The position numbers and the translations under genes were made by a program. From a virus (Duplodnaviria; Caudoviricetes), in IMG/VR virus record IMGVR_UViG_2627853630_000004, positions 11,340 to 75,339 of that record: 64,000 nucleotides of DNA, one strand, 5' to 3'. Position 1 is the stretch's first letter. Each line of letters opens with the position of its first letter. Positions 19,239-26,998 of this stretch are shown piece by piece. The notes below the pieces were generated by a model. It was not told the DNA's origin and did not search any database. It worked only from the letters and a program-made list of their open reading frames with translations.

Positions 19239-21403
19239 GCAGCCACCTGCCATGCGCAGTATTCGGGCAAGTTTGCAGCAACTAATGCCCTTGCCTCTGT
19301 TGGGCAGACGGCATTGCCGCAACGTGCTACCTGATCTTTCTGTGATATTGGGTTTCCATCTGGATCGCGATCGATAATGTAATCAGGCGGGAATCCTTGA
19401 GCGTTATACAACTCGCGTGGCGATAGCATCCGCATGCAAATATCGATGATGACGTAATCACCAACGCGCAGGTATTGACGCCGCGGGGCTGGGAATAGAT
19501 GGGGGTCATCAGGTAAATCACTGTACGCCTCAAACAGCCGAGCGCAGCACCATGCGTTATATCGTTGTTCGTCAGTTAATGGCTGTATTTCGCATTCAAC
19601 TTCAGTCAGTCCGAATCGATCCCGCGTCGGAATTGTGTGCATCGGTTCAGTGATAGAAACGCCGTCACGCTCATTGCCGTAGTATTTTGTCAGATACGCC
19701 TGAACATGCCCGACATGTTGACCACCAGCGGTGATTGTTGGTACCGGCTCTGTTGATTGCTGCCCATCTTGGCAGGTTCCACGCAACTTGATGAGGTGTG
19801 ATGAGCACAAGGAATGATGATCGACCTGAGTTACTGTATGCAGCGGTTCATCCATGCAACAACCTGGCCCAGAGTAACCACCGCCGTAATGCTTAATCAG
19901 GTTGGCTGCGATAACAGCTTTATGTGATGACGTCGGTACCGTGTCGTATGGCGCGTTAATGTCACGCGGTTTTCCCGAATACTTGGGGCCACCAGCACCA
20001 ACCAAAATTGCAGATAATAACTGGCTCTTTCCACCGCCCCCCGCAGTGACAGTTCCTAGCGGGGTATCTACGGGGTTAGCTGTGCTATTACCGAACTGAC
20101 GTACAACCACAGGAGCGGCAATACTAAATCCGTGCGCCTGCGTTATCGTCTGTAATGGCTCCCGCAACGATTGACCTCGGAAACAGTCGTACGCACTGCG
20201 ATTGCTGGTGTGATTACACTTAACGGCGAATGGCTCTATCAGCAGATGTTCCGCTTTGCTGGTGACGGTCGTAATGGGCTGATTTACGGAATACGACAGC
20301 CGGTCACCACCGAAACCAGTTTGCCCAATCCGCACGATATACGGCTCAGGGTTATTAATCACAAACCGATCCAAACCCCGAACGATGCGTTTTAACGTAT
20401 TGTCTGCCAGCGGCTTTTTCCGGCCTAAAATGGAACGTGTCGGTAGTGGCCAGTCAATGCAATCAGCAGCTGTTCGCCACGGTTTTAAATTGCCCTCGGA
20501 AAATTCCTTCGATCGTGGATCACCATACTCCGCTGCTGGCCACTCAACTGGCCGCCCGTCGCATCGTGCAACAACATACAGGCGCTTTCTGATAGTCGGC
20601 GCGCCAGACATGTACGCCTTGCGCTCCCTGTGATCAACGTTGTAACCCAAGCCCTTAACCAATTTTTTGGCATCAGGGCCGTTAATGTCGATATTCAGGA
20701 ATTCGCAACACTCAGCCAGCGCCGGATGATTCGCGGGAATGCCAGTGCTCAACATGCCAATAAACGCGTTAAATGTTTCACCTCTTTTGGCTGGGTCTGG
20801 GTAATAGTTACCCGCCTTTTCAACCAATGGCCCCCATGACCGGAACTCTTCAACGTTCTCCATCATCAGCACGCGCGGACGGGTCGCCAGCGCCCAGCGC
20901 AGAATCACCCACGCCAAACCGCGTATCTCCTTCTTAACTGGCGTGCCGCCCTTCGCTTTTGAGAAGTGACGGCAGTCTGGCGAAAACCAGCCGAGCAATA
21001 CAGGCAGACCACCCGTTGAGACAACCGGATCGACGCTGAAGATGTCTTCGGGGTAATGCAGCGTACGCGGGTGATTCATTGCGTGCATCGCCATCGCTAC
21101 AGGATTGTGATTCATTGCGATGTGCGGCTCGAATCCTAACGCTTGTTTGATGCCCTCGCAGCTCCCGCCGCCACCAGCGAAACCGACAACCACCAGCCCG
21201 TTTTCAACATCAGGCCGAGCGATTTCTATCGCTTGGCGCCGCGCCCATTTGTGAGCCGCCTTTTGAATGTCTGCCGGGTTTTCTCTGCGTAAAAACATTC
21301 CGTGCATTTCTGAGAGAAGCGCCTCTCGGCGCTCCGGTGATAATTGATGAACGGGTATCACGGATGAGGCGCATTGCTTAACTTCTGTAGGCCAATCACT
21401 CAT
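19235..21403 (-). CDS. DNA (cytosine-5) methyltransferase, orphan, with a large repeated target-recognition region
   Basis: Motif I FAGGGG, SPDC, ENV, RKR and C-terminal GNAV; repeated P(L/M)HT(V/I)T units. Confidence 0.9.
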   Translation of the reverse strand: MSDWPTEVKQCASSVIPVHQLSPERREALLSEMHGMFLRRENPADIQKAAHKWARRQAIEIARPDVENGLVVVGFAGGGGSCEGIKQALGFEPHIAMNHNPVAMAMHAMNHPRTLHYPEDIFSVDPVVSTGGLPVLLGWFSPDCRHFSKAKGGTPVKKEIRGLAWVILRWALATRPRVLMMENVEEFRSWGPLVEKAGNYYPDPAKRGETFNAFIGMLSTGIPANHPALAECCEFLNIDINGPDAKKLVKGLGYNVDHRERKAYMSGAPTIRKRLYVVARCDGRPVEWPAAEYGDPRSKEFSEGNLKPWRTAADCIDWPLPTRSILGRKKPLADNTLKRIVRGLDRFVINNPEPYIVRIGQTGFGGDRLSYSVNQPITTVTSKAEHLLIEPFAVKCNHTSNRSAYDCFRGQSLREPLQTITQAHGFSIAAPVVVRQFGNSTANPVDTPLGTVTAGGGGKSQLLSAILVGAGGPKYSGKPRDINAPYDTVPTSSHKAVIAANLIKHYGGGYSGPGCCMDEPLHTVTQVDHHSLCSSHLIKLRGTCQDGQQSTEPVPTITAGGQHVGHVQAYLTKYYGNERDGVSITEPMHTIPTRDRFGLTEVECEIQPLTDEQRYNAWCCARLFEAYSDLPDDPHLFPAPRRQYLRVGDYVIIDICMRMLSPRELYNAQGFPPDYIIDRDPDGNPISQKDQVARCGNAVCPTEARALVAANLPEYCAWQVAA

Positions 21404-21482
21404 GATCCACCACCTGATTTTTATCAGAGCGAACGACAGTCGCGCCTAGCACGTTTAATTGAGTGGTTGATAGCGTGGTCAT
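21396..21482 (-). CDS. 28-aa small ORF coupling into the methylase (not in ORF track)
   Basis: GAGGCAAGACCAAATG start; MTTLSTTQLNVLGATVVRSDKNQVVDHE; overlaps the upstream stop and the methylase ATG. Confidence 0.5.
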   Translation of the reverse strand: MTTLSTTQLNVLGATVVRSDKNQVVDHE

Positions 21483-21733
21483 TTGGTCTTGCCTCGTTTT
21501 TGGTCGTGATATTCGCGCCAGTAATTTAAGCGCGCTCTAAAATGTTCCCGATACTGCTCCGCTACCGTGTCCAGCTCTTTTTCAACGTTCCGGCGCAGGG
21601 CTTTTCCTGCTATGAGTTGATTTATTAACTGGTTGGCGCGCAGGTCTAGCCATTCCATATCCCTGAATTCCTGCGGCCACTCACCACGGTTATGAGGCAG
21701 TCCGGGCGGCAGGTAATCTGATTGCCCGGACAT
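21479..21733 (-). CDS. Hypothetical phage protein
   Basis: 84-aa ORF, GAGG SD, closely packed in the pR operon. Confidence 0.7.
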   Translation of the reverse strand: MSGQSDYLPPGLPHNRGEWPQEFRDMEWLDLRANQLINQLIAGKALRRNVEKELDTVAEQYREHFRARLNYWREYHDQKRGKTK

Positions 21734-21736
21734 GGG

Positions 21737-22123
21737 TTATGCCTCTATGGGTTTTATCGTGTCGAGAAGAAGACGGGCGCGAGTCGGACCACCAGCGCGG
21801 GTGCCAGTGTCCTTGTAATAAAACTCGCCAGTGCCAACCACCCACGTAGTCGGGGTTTCACGTAATTTAACCGTGCGTTCCCCGCCCACACGGACAACGG
21901 TTCCCGTGTGGGTTTTCTTTGTTGTCAGCCGTTTCTTACCTGACGTTTTCGGGAGTGGGGAAAATTTCGGCGCAACAACTTGCCGCGGCGCGGGAGCTGG
22001 CACGTACGGTGAGCGTGTGCGAGCGCGGGCGTTTGCGTTCATAGCCCAAAGAATTGGGCCGGTGTGGTCGCAGCCGTCATCGGTCATGAATGCGCGTGCG
22101 TAAATAACATCAGTTGTAATCAT
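21737..22123 (-). CDS. Hypothetical basic phage protein
   Basis: 128-aa ORF starting at GAGGCAAGACCATG. Confidence 0.7.
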   Translation of the reverse strand: MITTDVIYARAFMTDDGCDHTGPILWAMNANARARTRSPYVPAPAPRQVVAPKFSPLPKTSGKKRLTTKKTHTGTVVRVGGERTVKLRETPTTWVVGTGEFYYKDTGTRAGGPTRARLLLDTIKPIEA

Positions 22124-22169
22124 GGTCTTGCCTCTTTTTTTGGTCGGTTAAGCGCTGGTCAGGCGCGGT

Positions 22170-23582
22170 TTAAAATTCTTCAATCGGTTGTTTCTTGCTG
22201 TATCGCCTGTCTTTCTCCTGCCCTTTCTCTGCCAGCGATCGAGCCTCATTCGTTGGGATATTCTTGATATATCCATCAATCATCTGTGCGTACGCTGTTC
22301 CGCTCGGCCCCTCACGATTCAGTCGCACAATGAGTTCCATTAGGGTTTTATCCGCCTGCTCGTTGTAGACAGCGTCACGGTATAGCCCGATCCAAACATC
22401 ACAATCCTGTTCGATCTGGCCGGTGTCTTTACTGTCTGAGGGCTGTGGCCGTTTGTCCGCGCGCTCTTCCAGTTTTCGGTTTAACTGCGTCAGCAGCAGC
22501 ACGATGCAATCCAATTCTTTAGCCAGATTTTTTAAGCCGGTTGTTATCGCGCCGTAACTGATGTCGCGGCGTTCCGCTTCCTCGCCTTTCATCAGTGTTA
22601 GGTAGTCCACAGCGACTAAACCAACGTGCCCCCGCTGACGTTTAACTTTTCTGCTCTCTGCTACGATATGGGCAAGTGACACGCCCGGCGTACTGTCGAT
22701 CATCAGATTTGATTCGGACAGTTCAGCGGCTTTAGCCATTGCCAGCGCCATTTTTGAATCGTCGTATTCGCCGTTGTAAAACAGGTTTGAACTGATGAGC
22801 GCCTCTTGTGCGATCATTCGTTCAATAATCCCCCTGTCAGTCATTTCAAGGCTGAAAACCAGCGACGGGAGGCGATGATTTAATGCGAAATGCGTAGCGA
22901 TTTTGTTGTATGTCGCGGTCTTACCCATTTTCGGGCGTGCCCCAACCACGATGAGTGAGCCACGCAACGCTTGCTTAGGTGCCATGATTTCATCCAGCCC
23001 CTCAATGCCGAGCGTCAAGCCAGCTCCACCCGCAGGATCACTAAATCGGCGCTCAATCTCATCAACCCAATCGCCAACGACATCAGTCGCAGGCCGCAAC
23101 CCTCCCCTACGTCCAGTGCTGGCATGATCGACAACAGCGGTGATCATTTGCTGCACGCTGCTTAATCGGCTTTCGACTGTAGCGCCGCCGCTGGAGCTGA
23201 CGATCTCAATGCATGAGTAGAGTTTTTCCAGCGTATAGCGCAGCACTGCTTTTTCACGCACGATGCGAGCGTATGCGAGTGTGTTTGCAGCTACTGGCAC
23301 CCGTGCCATTTCAGCCAGATATGCCATTCCCCCAACGGTCACCAATTCACCGTTTGATTCGAGTAATTCACTCAGGGTTATCAGGTCGGTCGGCTTTTCA
23401 GATCGCGACAGTTCAACCAGACGACGATAAATAATTTGATGTGCGCGCAGATAAAACGACTCAGCTTTCAGCAGGGACATCACAGCATGGCGGCGCTCAT
23501 CGTCAGTATTCAGCATCAACCCGCCGATAACGGCCTGCTCTGCTGATGAGCTGTGCGGAACAACAGGAATATCATTGGTCAT
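22170..23582 (-). CDS. dnaB: Replicative DNA helicase (DnaB family)
   Basis: AEQAVIGGL, GARPKMGKT, FSLEM, VDYL, QLNR, QIEQDCD. Confidence 0.95.
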   Translation of the reverse strand: MTNDIPVVPHSSSAEQAVIGGLMLNTDDERRHAVMSLLKAESFYLRAHQIIYRRLVELSRSEKPTDLITLSELLESNGELVTVGGMAYLAEMARVPVAANTLAYARIVREKAVLRYTLEKLYSCIEIVSSSGGATVESRLSSVQQMITAVVDHASTGRRGGLRPATDVVGDWVDEIERRFSDPAGGAGLTLGIEGLDEIMAPKQALRGSLIVVGARPKMGKTATYNKIATHFALNHRLPSLVFSLEMTDRGIIERMIAQEALISSNLFYNGEYDDSKMALAMAKAAELSESNLMIDSTPGVSLAHIVAESRKVKRQRGHVGLVAVDYLTLMKGEEAERRDISYGAITTGLKNLAKELDCIVLLLTQLNRKLEERADKRPQPSDSKDTGQIEQDCDVWIGLYRDAVYNEQADKTLMELIVRLNREGPSGTAYAQMIDGYIKNIPTNEARSLAEKGQEKDRRYSKKQPIEEF

Positions 23583-24342
23583 TAGCGCGCTCCTCTTTCA
23601 CGGCGACATAGCAACGCTCAGTAACCAGGTAATCGATGTTTTTGCGTTTCCAGAATCCACCCCGCCCATTAGATCGGTCTTCCATCATCCAGCGGCAATG
23701 CACGGAGATATATTTCAAATAGGCCTGCCAACGCTCAGGAGTGAACTGGAATTTTTTCCAGAACGCTCGGATCGTTTTTTTTCTCGCGTCAGTCAAAATC
23801 TGAACGCGTGGCATGTCTGGAAGGGTTTCGTGGTACACATCCAGAATTTTTTGATAATCAATTTTTTCAGCTGGCGGATTATCTGCTGGTGGAGCAGGCT
23901 CGCCTGATTCACCAATAACAGGTTCATTGACTGGTTCAGAAGGGTGACTGGTTCTGGTGCCATCTGACGCCACAGGGGGTGTGCTTTCTGGTGGTACAGG
24001 TGGGTTTTCTGGTGACTCACCTGTGTTTTCTGACACCACAGGGGCTGTGATTTTTGGTGGCACAGGGTTATCGAGCGTCAGATAGTAAACGTTCGACGTG
24101 TTCCCCTTCCCATTATTCTCACCGAGCCTGTTTTCTTTTGACAGAAAACCCATTTTTATCAATGCGGTGATGTGTGCTTTAACGGCACTTTTGCTGCACT
24201 CGCACTGATCCGCAACATGCTGATATGACGGCCAGCACTCACCTTTGTCATTCGCGTTATCGGCCAGCTTAATGAGAACCAGCTTTCGCAGTGGGTTACC
24301 GACTTTGCGGCTCATGGCTTTTGCCATTAGGTTCATGCTCAC
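23572..24342 (-). CDS. Replication initiator (lambda O-like, N-terminal HTH)
   Basis: KLVLIKLADNANDKGECWPSYQHVADQCE; internal iteron-encoded linker; upstream of DnaB. Confidence 0.85.
   Translation of the reverse strand: MSMNLMAKAMSRKVGNPLRKLVLIKLADNANDKGECWPSYQHVADQCECSKSAVKAHITALIKMGFLSKENRLGENNGKGNTSNVYYLTLDNPVPPKITAPVVSENTGESPENPPVPPESTPPVASDGTRTSHPSEPVNEPVIGESGEPAPPADNPPAEKIDYQKILDVYHETLPDMPRVQILTDARKKTIRAFWKKFQFTPERWQAYLKYISVHCRWMMEDRSNGRGGFWKRKNIDYLVTERCYVAVKEERANDQ
23841..24070. other. Probable replication origin: iterons plus AT-rich tract inside the initiator gene
   Basis: Degenerate repeats about 21-24 bp apart (GTGCTTTCTGGTGGTACAGG, GGGTTTTCTGGTGACTCACC, GTGTTTTCTGACACCACAGG, GTGATTTTTGGTGGCACAGG) at about 23950-24070; AT-rich 23845-23868. 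Confidence 0.65.
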
Positions 24343-24343
24343 G

Positions 24344-24571
24344 CTACACCCCCAGCGATTCCGCTAACTGACGGCACGCATCCTGATATTCGTCCGGCGA
24401 TAGATTCATCTCACGCAATTCCGATTTGCGCTGTTCGTATTGCTCCCATACAGAGAGCGCTTCAGCCCTGCGGCCATCAAAGACAGGTTCAATATCACTG
24501 ACGCTGGCTGGTTCGCCATTCAGCAAAAAGCCGTTCCTGTACGTGATTCGAATTCGGATCCTGGTGTGCAT
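24344..24571 (-). CDS. Hypothetical phage protein; start reassigned to ATG 24571
   Basis: GAGGCAAGACCAATG SD-start; MHTRIRIRITYRNGFLLNGEP. Confidence 0.65.
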   Translation of the reverse strand: MHTRIRIRITYRNGFLLNGEPASVSDIEPVFDGRRAEALSVWEQYEQRKSELREMNLSPDEYQDACRQLAESLGV

Positions 24572-24593
24572 TGGTCTTGCCTCGCTATGCAAC

Positions 24594-25046
24594 TTATGCA
24601 ACTAACTGCTGAGTAACTGGCAACAGCGCATACATCGCCTCTGTCGCTTTATTTATTCGTTGTGACATGTCACAGCATCCGAGCAGCACAGCATTCATCG
24701 CTGTGGAAAATTCACGGATGGCCACTGCCGTCAGGTAGTTAACAGATCGGTCATTCTGCAAACGTGCCCGTCGTTCCCCCGGTAGAGCTGCAAGCATCAC
24801 CGGAGCCAGCAACTGGACTTTTCTCTGTGCTGCGCGTGAGTCACTACGCAACCAGCGGAAAATCTGCTGCCTGTTGTTATTTATCGATTTCCAGTCAGCA
24901 ACGCCGCGCTGCTCGATTTCATGCAGCCGGATATGTGGATCGCCACCAGCCAGAAAAAATCGTTTGGTTATCTCGATCGCTACAGTTTCCTGTCCTGCAT
25001 CAACCGCCCATGATTCGATCTCGTTCTTCAGCTCCTGAATATTCAT
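24594..25046 (-). CDS. YdaT-family CII-equivalent transcription factor
   Basis: Follows cro; NNNRQQIFRWL motif; YdaT-type TTGATT-N6-AATCA site directly upstream. Confidence 0.7.
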   Translation of the reverse strand: MNIQELKNEIESWAVDAGQETVAIEITKRFFLAGGDPHIRLHEIEQRGVADWKSINNNRQQIFRWLRSDSRAAQRKVQLLAPVMLAALPGERRARLQNDRSVNYLTAVAIREFSTAMNAVLLGCCDMSQRINKATEAMYALLPVTQQLVA

Positions 25047-25064
25047 TGCGTCTCCTGTCGCAAA

Positions 25065-25082
25065 TTGATTTTTGATAATCAG
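25065..25082. promoter_or_regulatory. YdaT-type operator (pRE-equivalent position)
   Basis: TTGATT-TTTGAT-AATCAG matches the TTGATT-N6-AATCAA repeat recognised by CP-933P YdaT. Confidence 0.7.
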
Positions 25083-25101
25083 ATTTACGCTGATATATCC
25101 G

Positions 25102-25296
25102 TCATTGTTTTCGGTACAGTTCCGGGTTGAATTTGAGTTCTCCGTTAGTTCTGATAGCGGCTTCTGTGGCTCGGCCTTTTGGGATTAGTTTTCCCTCTCG
25201 GGTTCGCCACTGATAAATAGCCTCAGTACTCACTTCAAAGAACTGAGCAACCTTCTCAACTGTTCCGAAATACTCTTCAATTTCGGTTGTAGTCAT
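25102..25296 (-). CDS. cro: Cro-like regulator (YdaS/DicC type)
   Basis: YFGTVEKVAQFFEVSTEAIYQW HTH; divergent from cI. Confidence 0.85.
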   Translation of the reverse strand: MTTTEIEEYFGTVEKVAQFFEVSTEAIYQWRTREGKLIPKGRATEAAIRTNGELKFNPELYRKQ

Positions 25297-25311
25297 TACG
25301 CCTCCCGTTAA

Positions 25312-25374
25312 CTAAGTTTGATTAGACATTAACACCTAATCAAACTTAGATCAACGAGTGCTAAGATAAGTTAG
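25312..25374. promoter_or_regulatory. Right operator: three CTAA-N6-TTAG sites with pR
   Basis: CTAAGTTTGATTAG (25312), CTAATCAAACTTAG (25336), CTAAGATAAGTTAG (25361); minus-strand TTGATC-17-TAATGT. Confidence 0.75.
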
Positions 25375-25384
25375 TTATTTTTAT

Positions 25385-26020
25385 TTGGTGCGCATGATGG
25401 AATCTGTAGGGCAACGAATTAAGCGATTACGAAAAATGACAAAAACGTCTCAAAAGGATTTGGGGCGCTACTGTGGTGTCTCTGATGTTGCTGTTGGTTA
25501 TTGGGAAAAAGACATTAACTCACCCAGTGGGGAGCCCGTTTCCAAGCTAGCCAAATTCTTTAACACCAGCGTTGACTACATTTTGTATGGCACGAAGTTT
25601 GAGGGTGAGTTGATCACTAGCGTTCGCAGGGTTCCAGTTCTTTCGTGGGTACAAGCTGGGTTATTCACTGAATCAACATCGGACCTTATTGATGATTCAA
25701 CCGAGTGGATTGAAACCGCAGCACCGCTATCAGGGCGAGCATTTGCATTACAGGTTCGTGGGGATTCAATGACTAACCCTAACGGGCTTCCCTCAATACC
25801 TGAAGGGGCGATTGTATTTGTTGATCCAGAGGTGGTGGCAGAAAGCGGGCGGATCGTCGTAGCGCGACTCAATGGCACATCAGAAGCCACTATTAAAAAA
25901 CTTGTTATAGATGGCCCAACAAAATTACTCGTTCCCCTAAACCCTCGCTACCCCACACTAACGATCAATGGTAATTGCATCATCATTGGCGTAGTTAAAA
26001 GCGTTCAGTACACTCTTTAA
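25385..26020 (+). CDS. cI: CI repressor, HTH plus S24 autopeptidase (start probably ATG 25394 or 25397)
   Basis: HTH; VQAG cleavage site; GDSM catalytic Ser; TIKKL catalytic Lys. Confidence 0.95.
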   Translation: MVRMMESVGQRIKRLRKMTKTSQKDLGRYCGVSDVAVGYWEKDINSPSGEPVSKLAKFFNTSVDYILYGTKFEGELITSVRRVPVLSWVQAGLFTESTSDLIDDSTEWIETAAPLSGRAFALQVRGDSMTNPNGLPSIPEGAIVFVDPEVVAESGRIVVARLNGTSEATIKKLVIDGPTKLLVPLNPRYPTLTINGNCIIIGVVKSVQYTL

Positions 26021-26051
26021 CCCTCCCTCAGCATAAGCGAAAAACCGATAA

Positions 26052-26102
26052 CTAAGTTTAATTCGGTTTTTTGTTGACATAAAATCTAAGTTAAATTAGA
26101 TT
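26052..26102 (+). promoter_or_regulatory. pL promoter with left operators
   Basis: TTGACA (26074)-17 bp-TAGATT (26097); operators CTAAGTTTAATTCG (26052) and CTAAGTTAAATTAG (26086). Confidence 0.8.
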
Positions 26103-26114
26103 AAATCCATCAAC

Positions 26115-26178
26115 AGCGAACAGGCAGGACGCCCACGAAGTAGCCGCTACCGGCGTATGAACAGGTAGATGATTCGCT
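26115..26178 (+). ncRNA. Structured RNA at the 5' end of the pL transcript
   Basis: Closing stem AGCGAA/TTCGCT enclosing a CTACC/GGTAG hairpin; non-coding. Confidence 0.4.
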
Positions 26179-26304
26179 AAGTAAGGCAAGACCAACCCAC
26201 GCCGCAGACCACGCTCTATGAGTGGCGACGTGGGAAAACAACCAGGCGCAGTTGCGCTGTTTGGGTAACACGTTCTGACAGCGGGAAAGACCGCAAATTA
26301 ATTC

Positions 26305-26380
26305 GGCCCCTTAGCTCAGCGGTTAGAGCTATCCCCTCATAAGGGATTGGTCACTGGTTCAAATCCAGTAGGGGTCACCA
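26305..26380 (+). tRNA. tRNA-Ile2 (CAU anticodon, ileX-like, lysidine type)
   Basis: 76-nt cloverleaf: GGCCCCT/AGGGGTC acceptor, ATCCC-CTCATAA-GGGAT anticodon arm, TTCAAAT T-loop, encoded CCA. Confidence 0.9.
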
Positions 26381-26383
26381 AAT

Positions 26384-26442
26384 TAGCGATCAGGTGATTA
26401 ACGGGTTTCCCTGCTCGTTACCCGGTTCGACTCCGGGCGCTA
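26384..26442 (+). ncRNA. Degenerate tRNA-like element
   Basis: TAGCG/CGCTA acceptor-like stem, perfect T-arm CCCGG-TTCGACT-CCGGG, TAACGGG/CTCGTTA stem; minimal D-arm; no CCA. Confidence 0.5.
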
Positions 26443-26477
26443 TTCGAAATCACGTTGCCATCGTGATAACTGCGAGA

Positions 26478-26536
26478 GGTGTGTAGTCATTGGGCGGTGT
26501 GGGTTTTTGATCTTTCCCCTATCCGCCAATTTTTTT
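26478..26536 (+). ncRNA. DicF-like small RNA or terminator hairpin
   Basis: TTGGGCGG...CCGCCAA stem with a pyrimidine-rich loop and T7 tail in the leftward early leader. Confidence 0.4.
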
Positions 26537-26694
26537 CGCAGACGTAAAAAAGCCCGCCTTGCGGCAGGCTTAGTTACCTCGGATAACCGACCAAAGTATT
26601 TCCGAGAGGTTTGCGGCGCTTACCAGGCGCCGCAAGGCAAGACCAATACCAACTAACGCTGATACTGATCAGCCGTGATTATACGAGGAACGCT

Positions 26695-26988
26695 ATGAAA
26701 GCGCCAGATATCACAACCACGCTGTACCTCCATCTCAACGCATTTACATCTGAACCGTTAATTTGCACATGTGACATGTCACATTTTGGTCATGCGTTAA
26801 TTTCAACGTGTGAAGTCTCCGTGCCATTTCCTGAAATAACCCCCGAATACCTTGCAGAACGCAAGATGTCAGCGTTACGGGAACAGCAACAAAAAATTCT
26901 CTCTGACGCTCAAATCAAGGCGAATGAACTGGAAGACCAGGTTCAGAAATTGCTGTGCGTTGAGCGCCAGAACAGCACCATTAAGTGA
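26695..26988 (+). CDS. Hypothetical early protein
   Basis: GAGGA SD before ATG 26695; coiled-coil C-terminus. Confidence 0.7.
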   Translation: MKAPDITTTLYLHLNAFTSEPLICTCDMSHFGHALISTCEVSVPFPEITPEYLAERKMSALREQQQKILSDAQIKANELEDQVQKLLCVERQNSTIK

Positions 26989-26998
26989 GGGTGAAGAC

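Larger units (their letters stand above)
18874..26783. repeat. Three dispersed copies of the perfect palindrome TGTGACATGTCACA (18874-18887, 24661-24674, 26770-26783)
   Basis: Read directly from the sequence. Confidence 0.85.

Noticed and set aside
26218-26268. 16-codon ORF MSGDVGKQPGAVALFG in the pL leader
   Set aside because: No appropriately spaced SD; the region is better explained as structured or antisense RNA, though translation is not excluded
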